Shown here one piece after another: positions 11,752 to 26,340 of a stretch of 64,000 nt of DNA. Within the stretch, counting starts at the first letter, position 1; every line of letters starts with the position of its first letter. A model generated the notes under the pieces. It was not told the DNA's origin. It worked only from the letters and a program-made list of their open reading frames with translations, and did not search any database. The stretch is from Lytechinus pictus (lineage: Eukaryota), in the NCBI RefSeq assembly GCF_037042905.1, contig NC_087252.1:12402001-12466000 (forward strand), given 5' to 3'. A program made the position numbers and the translations under genes.

Positions 11752-12482
11752 CTCTGCGCTTTGTAGACTAGTGCAATTGTACAACCCACAATGTATGAAG
11801 GCATAACCTCATAATTTTTACATACATGTAGTGCAGAGTCTGAAAGGAGACTAGATTCACTCATGTGTGGCTATTCTTATTTGACACAGGCAGAGAAAAT
11901 GAAGTCTAGTTTTCACCCTACATGTACATGGCAGTATAATTTCTTCAAGTGTCAAATTTGAGTCTGCGCTTTGTAGACTAGTGCAATTGCACAGCCCACA
12001 ATGTATGGGTGAATGAGTGAATGTGTAATCATGTGAACAATCTATGCTCGAATACTGATGATGCAGTATATCCCGTGGGACTCTACCCATCAATCCAGCT
12101 ATAAAGTGCATTCTCCCCCAACTGAATTAATGAAAAACAACTTTTTTACGCATGGAAAGTATTCGTATCAATCACGGGGAGAATTCTCCATCAAAGCCTC
12201 GATGAACTGAGCAGTGTCAAAATTAAATTCACAAAAAAATAAAAATCTAAAGTGTAGTTGGCACTTTGTTTTTCTTTCACAATCTGTAGTTTTCATTGTG
12301 ACATTGGGCAGTTACCCAAAGCCCCCCCCCCCCTTAAAAACCTGCACGTAGATGCACATACTTTTAATCAAACCATAAAATTGCTTATCAATATAATCCA
12401 CAAAAATTAACTATTTTTCATACTACCAGTATAATATTTCATATGATTCAGTGTAAAAAAGGAGCAACACAATTTGTTCCAC

Positions 12483-12655
12483 AATGTGCTGCACTCGACC
12501 CAGTGAGGTGAATGGGTACTGAGCGCCGGTGATGGTAGCTTGAGCCATGGATCTACTAGTAGGTCCATGCTCGAGATTAAGCCAGGGTAATAATAGCAGC
12601 GCTTTGTATCCTCAGGCAAAAAGCGCTTTATAAATAAATAAATTATTATTATATT
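12483..12655 (+). mobile_element. SINE 3' portion with LINE-like tail
   Basis: GCTGCACTCGACCCAGTGAGGTGAATGGGTAC core, and a AGCGCTTT...AAGCGCTTTATAAAT...(ATT)n tail. Confidence 0.6.
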
Positions 12656-13738
12656 AATGGAAGAACTTGAGTTATAATGTAAAATGCAAGTCCTGCAAGC
12701 TTCTTGGTAGATGGGTACAACTGAATACCCAGCAACGGAGCCCTGCCATGGAGCCAAGCCATTGATCTGGACATCAGAGATCCTGATCAATGAAAGGTCT
12801 TGACTTCACCTATCTGGTTCCCGAGATATTTGCCCCGATACAATTTCCCACTACGTGCTTGTCAGGTATCAATGACTTGCATTGCATTCTTTTTTGGTAG
12901 CGAGTCCTAAGGGTGATCACAGGATTGCAGTCTTTGTAGTTTTCCACACTGATCTCTCTTCTTGCTCTTTATCTCTTTTCCTCTCTCCTTTCCTCTATTT
13001 TCCCTTCTCCCCTTTTCCTCAATCGTCCCTTCTCCCTTTCCTTTATTTGCCCCCTTTCTCCTTCCTATATTTGCCTCAATACAATTTCCCAATACATGCT
13101 TGTCAAGCATCAATGACTCGCGCCCCATTCTCTTTGGTAGCTACATGTAGTCCTAAGGGTTATCGAAGGTCTGTTTTCTCCTTAGTTTACCACACCAATC
13201 TCATTTTTGTCCCCTTCCCTGACTCTCTTTTTCTCTCCTTCCCTAAAACTTCCCTCCTCTCCTTTTCTCCAAATGTACAGTGTAGAGCATCTGGAATACA
13301 AGAGATGATCGAATGGATACGTTTCTATATCATCCTTTGGCAATAATCTACATTTACCACATTTGCCACAAAAGGACCCCAGCCCTCACCCAGGTGATGG
13401 AATTGGGTACCTGGCAGGAAACGTGTACATGTGTTGGGCCTATCCCTTGAAATGCTTGTGTGCTGTAAAATAGCTTGCCAGGCAAAAAACCAGAGATTAA
13501 TATATTCAACATCATTTGGAAGCCCAGAGATGTTTTAGATGAAATAATTAATATGATAAAATGCACAAGACTGGAATAGCATCTCCAATTTCTCTGTGAT
13601 AGTGAAGATCATTGGTAGACCCCATTTCAAGATGTACAGTATTGTAGGTCTGAGGAGGTGGACTATTGAGGCAAACTAGGGACAGTCAAACGTGAATTCA
13701 TTGAACACACTGAGCAATATTGGAAGATAAAATGAGGC

Positions 13739-13900
13739 TAGTCTGCAGGCGCAGACCCTTCTTTTTTGCATAATTCGGAGTCTGAAGTAGTGAGACTAGA
13801 TTCACTATACCGTGGCTGGCTCTGAACCTTTGGCGTCTAGTCTTTACTCTAGACCTGTTATTGGTTAATGTGTCGAAAATAGGTCTGTGCTTGCAGACTA
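13739..13900. mobile_element. Academ-like MITE (TAG...CTA termini)
   Basis: TAGTCTGC...GCAGACTA ends; related to 14185-14385. No TSD retained. Confidence 0.65.
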
Positions 13901-14184
13901 TGCTGACACTTCTGTTCGATCATGTAATTATCCATGGCTGGAAGGGGAATCGACCAAGGCAATATGAGAGGGCAGGGAGAGGGAGCATGAAATTGAAATC
14001 CTAAATCAATAGAATCAATCCCACTCCTGACATTTGTAAATTTGATGTCATATGAATGATGAGGCTTTGCAATGAGGCATGCCTTGAAGGGCTACAATCT
14101 CTTGGAGTGCTCACACCATGCTTGAATATTTTTTTTCGTGCCTGCCCCCTCCATCCCCCCCCCCCCCCTTTCCATCCCCATGAC

Positions 14185-14385
14185 TAGTCTGCGGGCACAG
14201 ACCCATTTTCGACACTTTAACCCTTGGTTTTCACAATTCGCATACTGCATAATGCAGAGTCTGAATTGGTGAGACTAGATTCACTATGCACTGTGGGTGA
14301 CACACACAGAGTCATTGGAATCTAGTCTTCACTCTAGACCCATTATTGGTTGAAGTGTCAAATATGAGTCTGTGCTTGCATACTA
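14185..14385. mobile_element. Academ-like MITE
   Basis: TAGTCTGC...GCATACTA ends, flanked by a CCCATGAC direct repeat. Confidence 0.75.
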
Positions 14386-14660
14386 CCCATGACTATTCAC
14401 AGATAGAGTGACAGTTTTTCTGGCATAATTAATGGTAAAGAAATTTAATTGGCTTTAATATGTACACTGTCTGTACAGTATGTAGGCCTACATGTACATA
14501 TATGTATGTATCATACAGTGTAGTAAAATCTCAGTACATTATTTTCACCCATTTTTAAAGGTACATGTAGAATCTGTGAAATAACAGAGAAGGGGGAGAC
14601 CCCCCCCCCCCACTCTAAAATAGTTGTTCAGATTTCCCGATCAACAACCCACATTCCTAC

Positions 14661-14827
14661 TAGTCTGCAGACACAGACCCTGATTGAAACTTTGATCAGC
14701 AAGTGTTTCTCCAGCAAAGACTAGCACGTACAAAACTTGCTGTTTAGAGGGCCTTCAGCACACAAGGCATGAGTAGGATGCATATTCAGACCCTTAAACT
14801 CGCGTGAAGGGTTTGCACATCAGACTA
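14661..14827. mobile_element. Academ(H)-like MITE with 9-bp TSD
   Basis: TAGTCTG...CAGACTA ends with a perfect CATTCCTAC duplication. An inverted relative lies at 32819-32989. Confidence 0.8.
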
Positions 14828-15811
14828 CATTCCTACATGTAGTCACGCAGAGACCACAGAATTTATTCAACACTTCCCACCCCTCCTTCCCTAATATCAG
14901 AATCAGTGCTTCTTCCACAGTTTAACGCCTTCATCTTCATCACCAACTGCGGCTGACTCCCCACCATCTGCCATTGACAGGGGTGAGGAATTATGCTGCG
15001 GATATCACACACTCATTGCAGTACTGGACAATAGATTGAGTAATGGTTCAATCCCTCCATCCATGATGATGAATTATGCCCTGTGACTCATCCAGATTAC
15101 AGAAATAAAATGTGAGGTCATGCAACATACAGTGTACATGTAGGTTGGCCTACTGAAATAATAGGGAAGTCCTAGGAGTAGGAGAAGGTTACGTCTACTT
15201 GTAGGTGGTTGTGTATGCTTTACATGTACATGTACTTGATGAAATAATAATAAAAAGGTGAATGAAATGATTAATGTACATGTAGGTCGATGAATAATTA
15301 TGAAGGATGTACATGTAGGCTACATGCATGTTTTTTTTAATATTGCTAAATAATGCTAGATACATCATACATGTACACTGTGGCCAACAGGTGCATTTGT
15401 GGTGAATATTCAGTATCAATTGAAGAGAACTGATTACTGTTGGGTAATATTAATGTACAGTAGTACGGTACATGTACTGTTCGTTCATACACTGTATTAA
15501 CTGTAAGGTTCTATACCACCCGGTATATACACAAGTAGCATAAAGACTTATTTAAGGAGAAAAATTATAATTGGTATTAGGCATTGATAATCATTGCCAT
15601 TCTTTTCTATTACATTTATTTCATTGTGACAAGAGTGGTTTCACAATCATTATCACCACCACCATCATCATCACCATCATCAACACTAGCATCATCACCA
15701 TCACCATCTCATTATCATCATCTTCATCATCATCACATCATCATCCTCATCATCACCACCAGTACTGATAAGATTTCATTATCATCATCACTATGAAAAC
15801 CATTATCATTA

Positions 15812-18009
15812 GGGCGATTCCACACTAGAACTTCAAAAATGTCATAAATTTCAACACGCTTTCAATAAGTCACAAGTAGTGTAATATTTTACTATGATAC
15901 CTAAATTTTTTGAAAATTATGAGTTTTAACCAAAAGTGAAGTCAGATATAGTTTTTTTTGGGGGGGGAACAATGGAATTTTCAATTTTCAATAATTTTGC
16001 TGATTAAATAGTCAAGTACAAACACTGCCTGAAACAATTATTGGCACAGCGCGAGAAGATTGAAAATATTGCAGGTCAATGGAATAATGTATCATTGATG
16101 GTTCCAAATAATATCTACAACATTTTCATGATCCATAATAGGGGCAGCCCTGATTTTTCCTAACCTATTTTTGGCAATGTCCCGTACGACACATGAAAAT
16201 GCAAAAGTTTTTCCTACAATTTTATTTTTTATGATGCAATTTCACAATATCAGTTGCTCTTTCTTTGACCCATGGGTGATCGATTTATCCCATAAGGATC
16301 TAATTACTGCCCTTCATTTTTCAATAATTGTCTTATTAAAATTTGTCCCGTACGACACACAATATATAATGCATTTAATTGCAGGATTTGGATTCAGAAA
16401 CTATAAATAGTAGGCCTATTTTAATTCAAGTAATTGATTTGACATAAAGTGAACAGAAAAAGTACTTTTTTATCTCCATAGTATATGAAATAGGTGATTC
16501 TAACCATTTTAATTTATTTCATGTAGGCGTATTCTTTTGTGAATCCCTTCAGCTAAACTGGTGATTTTCACTGGTCAGTGCAGGTTAATTTCTTTGTCAT
16601 TGAGCATGAAAAGAAAACCTTTATAATTGATTCATTCTAGCCTGGAAGATGACTTCCTCTTGCATGCTAATGTGGAATTATTATAAGATGTAAAAAAAAA
16701 TTACATATCAATCATCTATTTGGACTTCCCTTGTTGATCACTAATTTTTTTATATAATATACAGTATTGAAACTCCTTACTTTTTTCAAGTTGTAAAAAA
16801 AAATCACAAACCATGTTGTTCAAAAAAAATCTGGAAAATAAGACAAACCCTATGGTTTCATGAAATGCAGAAAGTTATGAAAAAGTAGAACCACATTTCT
16901 TTAGAAAAAAAATATTTTGTGGAATTACAAGTGACAGTTGTGACATACGTGTATATCATGTACATTTTATATAAAAAATTATAACATTTTAGCCCCATAA
17001 TTTACACAAACAGTTTCATTCATTCTAAATAGTGTATTGGAAATCATCAATTAATTCACTAAGATATAACTTCACACAAATCCTCAAGTTTTTCAGCTCG
17101 TAAAAATGCTGTGAACCCTTGTACATTTCCCATCATGAAAAAAAAATGATAACATATTGCTCCCGATTGTATGTATTGAGGTTACTTAATTATATTGTCC
17201 TGAATGACTACTTAAAAAAAACTTTGCATTTAAAAGGAAGAATTTTGGGGCAATGCTCCCCTTCTGATTGATAAAAAGTTAATTGTTTTATTTAGGCAAC
17301 CCAGTACAACGCGCAAGTGCCTGTACAACACACAAGTGTCCCGTACGACACACAAGTGTCCCGTACGACACAGAAGTGTCCTGTACGACACACAAGTGTC
17401 CCGTACGACACATTATTTTGTTTATGATATATTGACAGAAATATTCAGCCAATAGCGGTTTCTAACATAATGAATGTCTTTAGTTTGATAGGATTATCAT
17501 TATCATGAGCCAACTAAAGTGATTGAAGAAGTCAAAGAGACATAAAGTAAGAAAGTTTGGCTTCAATTTAGAGATGTCCCGTACGACACATTTTGAGTGT
17601 CCCGTACGCCACAATGTTCTCGAAAATTGTAATTTGCTTAATTTATTCATGAATGTTTATTTTGCTTTCTTTCATAGATGTGTTTGTTCTTGGGTAATTG
17701 ACTATCAATTTGAGTTCAGTTTCTATACAAATTATCTGTCCAACTCACAGACTTTAGAGTACAAACTTGAGGTTTCTAAAAAAGCCACTTTTTCTGCGTC
17801 CGTACGACACATTACTATTTTAAATCTGTATTATACAGGATGTGAATTCAAGTCATGTTAAGTCTTGGTTTTTCTAACACTCCGGTAGTACATGTACATG
17901 TACTTGATGATCACCTTTAGTTACAGGTACTGGAATATTTTTTGTTTTTCTTGTCAAAAAACTGTCAAATGTTCTCTAAATGTCCCGTACGACACGTATG
18001 GAATCGCCC
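15812..18009. mobile_element. 2.2-kb non-autonomous DNA transposon, Sola2-like
   Basis: TIR GGGCGATTCCA...TGGAATCGCCC and a 4-bp ATTA duplication. Repeated GTCCCGTACGACAC motifs. It splits a (CAT/CAC)n tract. Confidence 0.8.
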
Positions 18010-21000
18010 ATTATTATCATAATCATCACCATCATCCTCCCCCATCACCATCATCATCATCCTCCCCCATCACCATCATCATCATCACCACCATCCCCAT
18101 CACCATCTCTAACTTCATCATCATCATCACCACGAATAACACCATCACCATTATCATTACATGGCTGCATACATGTAGACATATGTTAATCACCATCATC
18201 ACCACACGACTATTCCCATCATCATTATCCTCATCTACATGTAGTACCAACACTCATCATCAACAAAACCAACAACACTATCATCATTCATCATCATCAC
18301 CACCATCATCAAATGTTACCGGCACCAACATCATTATGATCAATTAATCATCTTCATCTTAAAAAAAAACAATAAGATTAAATTATTGATTATTGAAATT
18401 ATCAATCACCAGTAATTATCAAACAATGGCAGTACGAGTGACCAACATAACATTGGTCATGATGATAAAAAACAAAATGCAAAATTTTACTCCCCAAAAA
18501 GGCATTAAAGAAAATCAATATCAATGAACTGTACCATTCTGGCTAACTGACTCCACGATTGAGTGCTTGAACGCTACAAATTATGAGTCATTTCATGCAC
18601 ACTGAGACACTCATTATGTGTAATGGAACCCATGTCCTCAACAATACACAATGAAGATGGGGTGAAATTAATAGCAGGTTTACATACGTACATTATTAAA
18701 AGCAGAAAGGAAAAATATTGATCAAAAATTATTTTTTGCGCACATGTACATATTATGTAGGCCTTATCAAATCAAGGACTTTTTTTGTTGGTCCAGTATC
18801 TTGGTTTTGATTGTGAGAAAAACAGGGCAATTCTTTTTGCAGTGACTGTCGGTGCACAATATTCTATTAGAAGCATAAAATTGAGGCTTATGTCTGAGAT
18901 AACTGAAGACTATATGGTCTAGATCTAAAAATCAAATCAAATTGTGATCCATAAAGATTTAACTTTTTTTCAATAAAAAGCCTGCATTCTGAACATGCTA
19001 CCTTTGACTGTACATACATTATGTAGGTATTCTATATATATGCCTTTATTTGCATAGATTTTTCAAAATAGATGACACTTAATTTCACAAAATTCTGAAA
19101 GAAGGCATGTTAATTTATTTTTTTTTATACACATTTACATGTAGCTACAAATAAAAATCTAAATCAATTTCAACTATTAAAGCGTATTTAAAAGTAATCC
19201 AACGCAGTACATGTACATGTATGTCGCTCCTGGAAGTGTTTTCACTGCGGTGATGTCATCAATAAAGTTAAAGGAGACACAAGCAATCTGAAAATTTGCT
19301 GAAGATGACTATGGAGTTGGCCATTTCAGATCAAAATACATTACACCTGTATAACAATTAATTTCATACATATGTAGACCTGTCAAACTCCATATTGCTA
19401 GAAGCGGCAACAATGTGAACTAACCCACACCATACAAATAAAGTATATTGAAGTGGATATCAATTTTATTATTAAAAAATCAATAAATAAATGGAATAAC
19501 ATGCTCGAGGTTTCATTATAGAATTCATTACAAAAACAACATTAGAACATAAATGATTAAATGGCTGCACTGAGTAAGTTCAGACAGATGGCATTATGAG
19601 TATATTTCACTCTCTGAGTCCAGACATTTCCCTCGTTTGGGAAAACTCAGGGTTATCTTTTTTAATTTACTTTTTACCATCACTTTATGTATGTGATAAT
19701 TTTGTTTAAAATAATACATTATTGTGAATAGTTTACCAACCCTGAAAATATCATGGTACTAGCAATTTTTTTCAGAAATTCATTTTATAAATACACATGC
19801 ACTTGGAAAAATGCAAAACAAATCATAATGAAGTCAAATTGAAAATAAAGTGAAAGTGCTTGGCGTATTAAACCAAAAGTGGATCTGTAACATGGATCCT
19901 TTTGAAATGAAAGTGAAAACAAGAAAGATATTGCTAGAGAGATGAAAAATAATATTAAGAGTTCATATTTTCACAGAGAAGCCAAAGGCAGGCTTTAATT
20001 TCTACTTGTTCTACGAACGACATTGGAAACTAGACAAGACCTAATTACGTACATGATGTAGTCTGAACAGTGACTGCACAATCTCATGGTCGCATGGTAC
20101 TTAATTACTGATTCAATTTTATTGTCAAATATCAATACCTTGTATGACAACTAAATTATTCTTTCCTTGAGCTCTTTTGAATGCAATTAGATCAAAACCA
20201 ACATAATTGCATCATTAAATGTGACTCCGTCTAGCCATTCTATTGTGTTAATGTCCAGCATGAACAGTTGTAAAGCAAAAGTATTTTGATGGAGAAGACA
20301 CGGACCAAAGATATCTCCAATAATAACAAAAAGAATTCATTGATTGTAAAATCCAATGATAACAAAGCTATTGATTTTAATGGAGGATTAGACTTACATA
20401 AATGTACTTCATGTAGGCTGGAAGCAAAGGAAATGTGAACACATTTTCCATTGAAAGTTGAATTTATGGTGACACAACATTTGTTCGTGCAACATATTTG
20501 TTCTGGTCTTTAATGATATATTTTAATAGGGCATAGGATCAGTGTTTATACATGTACATGTAGGATTAGAGTTTTTTATTCTGAAGATAAGGATTATGGT
20601 ACAGTTTGGGAGGTTAGATTTTATATTTGGCAGATTTTCCATCGGAGCAAACATCATTGAACCAAATTTATATCATGATTTGGAAGACAAGGTGGCCGTT
20701 TCAATTGTTCCAAATTAATTTACCATTGACTGCTGATTCTTTCTTTTATATCATCCTTACGGTGTGTACAATCTTGCACAGGTCTGTTCCAGTCATGTGC
20801 AAAGTCGTGCATAAATTCATGCATAAAGTCATGCACAACTTTACAAAAAGCTTTTATAAGAAAACACCCATTCGGATTGCCATGAGACTATTTTGTACAG
20901 TGTGGTTGAAATGTAGTGACTACCAAATTTTTCCAAAGAGATTTATCCACAAAATAATCAGTGCATACATCATCCTTGTCAGGACTCTCCTCTATAATCT

Positions 21001-24000
21001 GGCAACTGAAAAAAATAGGTCAAAGATCACCACCATTTTCAGATGCAATTTAAAAATATGAGGATACCTTTTTGCTTTTAATACCCTGCCCCTCCCCCTG
21101 TACATGTACTCTTGGAAAACTAAAATTAGATTCCCCCCCCCCCCACCCCCAATCTTGTACAGTGTACTTTCAGAGGGAACCCCAATCATGACCATGATTA
21201 TGTAGACCTGAGCAGAGCCTGGATGCCCGTACATGTAGTACATGCAGCAAACAATTCACGACTGCTTCTCCAACAGTATCTCTTCATTACATGACACTAT
21301 TAGTGCCTCACCACTCACTGCAACAAGTGAACAGAGAGAGTATTGATGACTTAAACCCATTCTAATGGAGGATAGGTTACACAATAAAGAAGATTTTAAA
21401 AGCTCTATCGATACACATTATTGATGATGTCTCACTTTATTGATTCTCTTTTTTAAGCTGGTGTGCTGGTGTGGATTTTTTTTTTTCCCAGTCATGCCTA
21501 TATCCTGTACAGTGGTGGTGCCACAAGCACCCCCCCCCCCCCCCATTCAAGTAATAAACAAAATGAAAAAATGGGGAGAAAAGGGGAAGAAAGTTCTATT
21601 CATGAGGGTAAGGAGGGTCTGCCAGGTTGTTGTCTCTTTTTTTCACTTGATAGAGATATCATAACAGTCTGACCTAGAAAAGAATGTTTTGTATTTCACA
21701 ATGCAATTTGATTATACACAGGTCTTGTTCTAGTCAGGGGAATTGGATAGAATCCCTCACTAAATAACATTCAAGATTATGAAAATGCAATTGCCAATTA
21801 ATCATTTTCTTCTCTTCTTCCTACAATACAATCGAGACCTGCAGTATATTGGTTCAATATAAAAAAAAAGTAAATATTGCATCAATGCACATACATGTAG
21901 CTAGCAGATAATGATCACCAAAGGGCATAGAAGTCAAATTCAATGCAACTTTTTTGCTATTGTTACAAGTAGAATCTACGTATTTGGCATGAAATGTCAT
22001 GATTGATGTTGTCTAACTACATGTAAAATACATGTACATGTAGTGTCTGGAAACTAAAAACCTGTGGCATAAGGAACAATAATAAAATGTACAATCAAAG
22101 TTTTAAAATGATTGCAATTTTGATTTGGCATTGGTACACGTATGCACATTGCCCAATTTTCTATTTTTTTCTTTACGTACAGTACAAGCATTAAAAACTG
22201 AAAATGTTACAATAGAATAGAGCATTGTTTTTTTTTCTGACAATGAATTGGTAGCCACTTTGAAATAAGTATTTTGTTATATTGAACCTTGATGGAACAG
22301 TACACTTACATGTAAATAGCCAAGACAGAACTCTACAAAGATTGAACTACAGTGTACCCTTTCCATGTTTGAATAGAGCACAAGTTTTGGCTAAATACCA
22401 AAAGAAAAGAAACAGTACTGATCAAATTATCGGGGACCAAAATCAATGGCAAACTTTAAATCATCCAAGTTTCTAGACTTTTATTCCATGTATAGAACCT
22501 TTTCTAATTTCAACTTTGAAAATGTGTAATGATGGAGTCATATGGGTTGTTCTTTTTTCTTCAAAACCAGCATTGAAATTACTGAATTGAAGGTCAATTG
22601 AAAGACAAACCCTTTTGTAGATTAAAACATCTTGCATCCTACCACCTTTCAAAAACCACTGGAACTCACTACGAACTCTGCTAACACCCTGGATGTATTT
22701 AATATCAAGCTGTTAGTATTAATATGACCATGAGCAATAGTGATGAACATATCCATTGATATAGAAGATAAATAAACCAAAGTCCGTTGCTGGAATTGTA
22801 CACAATTCCAAATATTTCCCTCAAGATCTTTGAAAAGCAAATTTGCAGAGAACAAGTTGAACAGCCGAGATTCTTGAATTGAAATACATACATGTACAGT
22901 GTATACATGTACAGGTTGAACTTCATTGACCTGTTGTGACCATTTGTGTATTGTAAAGGCCAATAATGAAATTACATGTATATGATCAGGGGCCCCATAA
23001 CACAAAGCTTTATAGAAATGATCGTAGAACAGGTTTCTACGATTGATTCCATTGACTACAATGTACAATCAATCGTGAAAATCAAGTGTACGATTAATCG
23101 CTAACTTTTGTGTTACAGAACCCTGAAGACAGACTGGCTGTGGCTTATGTCAGGTTTGCCCATGGAAATACTACGTACAGTAAGTACTGTATCTTCTTCT
23201 GAATACAATTTACAGTTTCACTGGTGTTACTGAGGGTATTTTTAAAGAATTTGGGGTATGAAAATTTTAAGGAAAATGAAGAGCTAATCACCCAGTGCTC
23301 CTGTAGATCTTTTCTTGTCCTCTACTGTAAAGTTTACAAAGCATTCACTCCGAAAAATGTGATAGAGTGGGAAACATGAAGAAATGTTTTACTCTTCCCA
23401 TATCACATGCCAACTTCAAGAGAATAGTTTTTCTTTCTGGTTTACACAAATGAATAGGCCTATATTGCATCAGGGTGTCAAAACATGGCAGAAATTATAA
23501 ATGGAATACCGCATACATGTACACTGTGCACCACAGGAAAAATATGAAAATAAGAAAGGAAACAGAGCGTGTTTCTGAGGCACATGTACAATTTCATAAA
23601 ACTTGTGTAGCCTTCCCCCCCCCCCCCCCCCCCATCTTGGTCTTTTTTTTGTGCAAGTGATCTACAATGGAGCATTTTCAATTCTTGTTTTTGCCTGGAG
23701 GAAGGGAACATAGAGACATGTAGGCCTGGCTATATGAGAAAAAAATATATGTAAAAAGCTTTGGGTATTTTCGATAATGCTGGGTTTTAGACCCTAGGGG
23801 ACCACGCTTGTACAGCGATAATTGAGCCGATTGCCCCCATCAGGCTTTAACTTTAAAGCTACATATACATGTAAACGTACAATAGATAAAAAGATAGGCC
23901 TACATGTACATCCTGATCATGATTGTACTATTTGTAGTGTCCTCCTTTGGGTATGGTCAGTTATTATTATAACTAAAAGCAATTAGCAAGCTTTGGCTAA

Positions 24001-25663
24001 GATTAGTTTATTCAGAACAAGCATATTGCAATTGCAAGGGCATCCTCTAGCAGAGGAAAATCTAACCATTTCTTGCATCCTTATGCAGCTTGATGCAGTA
24101 TCATCCATTCCAGTCCGGCCCGGAGAAGCCTAGAGAAACCCATGCACACAGCATCCCATGTTCTCATCTCCACTACTGCTGCACCCCCTACGCACCCCTA
24201 TTGAGAGAGCCTGTTACATCCCACAAGTTCATGAATGCTAAATGGCACCTCTTTATCACACAGACACACAATCTAGTACGCACATCTTGGCATGTAACTT
24301 TACGGAGTAGAATCTACTCAAGATCATAGATGATATACATGTTAATGCATTTTAGAAGAGCTCCAAATTACTTACCTATCAAATCATAAAATAAGGCATC
24401 ATCAAGTTCAAAACAAGGGGAATATCCAAATTTATAGTCCGTTTTTAGTGTCCAGTTGCGAAAAACAGCCCATCTTGGCCTGGCAAGCCTTGTTTTGGAA
24501 GCCTCTTATCTCGACCACTCATGTACAGTGTGTAACAAAGGCAAAGACTGGCTCGTTCCATTCACAGGTACATGGAGAGGTAGGGGTGCGCAGCAGGCAC
24601 TCAAGAGAGGGAACCCCTGTGGTGAAAAAAAGAATGCAAAGTGTAAGGATAGTCTTTCAAAACAGACTTTATGATGCTATCATCATCGTGACTGGTCAGT
24701 GCTAGCTGTAGTGAAGTGCAAGACAGGGTTATTAAATGTGTATATCCTGAAAAGTGTTGGATTCAGGTCATCCTATATTTTCGTCATTGTCACTTCCTAT
24801 TTGTTGGAAGCCATTGTGTTCGGCTTTTCTAAAAGTGTAAAAATTTGTGAACATTCATGTGAAATTCGGATAAATTCACAAAATCCCAAGAGATAAATCA
24901 TGCACAATTCACGACAAAACCAAATTCAAATGTAAGATTTTAACTTGTAAAGCATTACCACCAACATTTTGTTCTTCAAACATTGATCTAGGAAACAACT
25001 ACAAGGAAAGAAAAGTTCAAAGAATATTGTAGAACAATAGTCATTACAGAAATAATTCAGCATGGAAATATTTTCAAAATTATAATCGATTCAAAGTTGA
25101 AGTCTAACCTTTCAAAAGGCAGAGTTACAGTGCCTGTAGTGAGACCTCCAAATCGTTGTGGTCTGTTTTTCTAAGACTAGGGGTGGAAATCCTCAAGCTT
25201 TGTTCAAATTTGAATGAGAATAGAAGTGGATTTGATGATGATGTGTGTGTGTTCAAGTCTCTGATATGGTTGACTGAATAGTGTCTGGGTCTAGAGAGAA
25301 TTCATTCAAAGGGATAGATCAATCATAGTATTCACAATGTCATAAAGGGGGAGAATAGAGGATAACAAAGGAAAGAAGGTGGGAGAGCGAGAGAAAGGGG
25401 GAGAAGGGGTGGAAAGAAAGAGAAGGGATGAGAGGGAGACAGACAGACAAACAAACAGATGAGAGAAGAAAGAGGGATACTAAGAAGACAGAGATAGATG
25501 AAGAGAGAAAGAGACAAAGAAAGAGATACATGAAGATACAAAAAAGATAAGAGAGAATTACAGTACATGTGCAATGAGGGAGAGAAAGCAACAGACAGGC
25601 AGACTGAAGTAGAAACAGACTCAGAGAAAGAGAAAATGGGAGGAGTGAGACTGGACATACAAC

Positions 25664-26340
25664 CCCGGGGGGGCCACTTACATTGACGAGTGGATACCAT
25701 GCGCGACCAAAAAAACACGTAAAAATGATGTCTTTTTCAAGATAGGGCACGTTACGTACGTAACGTGATAAGGGTGTCAAAAACACAAAAATATTGAAAA
25801 AAGGGTATCTATTTCGCTCGGAAAAATATACGTGTTTAGGGTCAAATATGCGGGGATGATAAAACAAAATCAAAATGTTTTATAAAGGATGTCCTTTTTG
25901 CCCCAACACTACGTGTTTAGAGTCCGATTTGCGCGAGGTGTGGAAGGTGGGGCCGTACTAAACCAAAAATATGGTGTCTAAAGGTAAAACTGACGACCGA
26001 CCGACGCGTGATATAACAATAAAATATCTCTGTACTTGTTTAGGGGTTCATTTCAGGGAATACTTGCTATGAGTATCGTTTTGTTCCCAATACTTGTTAA
26101 GGGGTGCATTTTCAGAATATGGAAAGTACATCGCTGTACTTGTTTAGGGGCTCAGTTCTGGGAATACTTGCCAATAGTATTTATTTCCAATACTTGTTAA
26201 GGGTAAGGTTTCACACGCCAATACTTGTTAAGGGGTGCATTTTCAGAATATGGAAAATACGTGTTTAGGGTGCTTTTCAAGACCCCGTGGTCGCGCATGG
26301 TATCCACTCGTCAATGGAAGTGCCCCCCCCCCCCCCCGGG
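25664..26340. mobile_element. MITE with CCCGGG(G)n termini and 8-bp TSD
   Basis: TIR core CATTGACGAGTGGATACCATGCGCGACCA; perfect CATACAAC duplication. Confidence 0.9.

Noticed and set aside
12882..13346. 154-aa hydrophobic ORF, and similar F/L/S-rich ORFs at 25340, 49601 and 55521
   Set aside because: They are translations of CT/GA-rich low-complexity tracts.
17300..17411. CRISPR-like short repeats
   Set aside because: These are head-to-tail 19-mers with no unique spacers, in a eukaryotic context with no cas genes.
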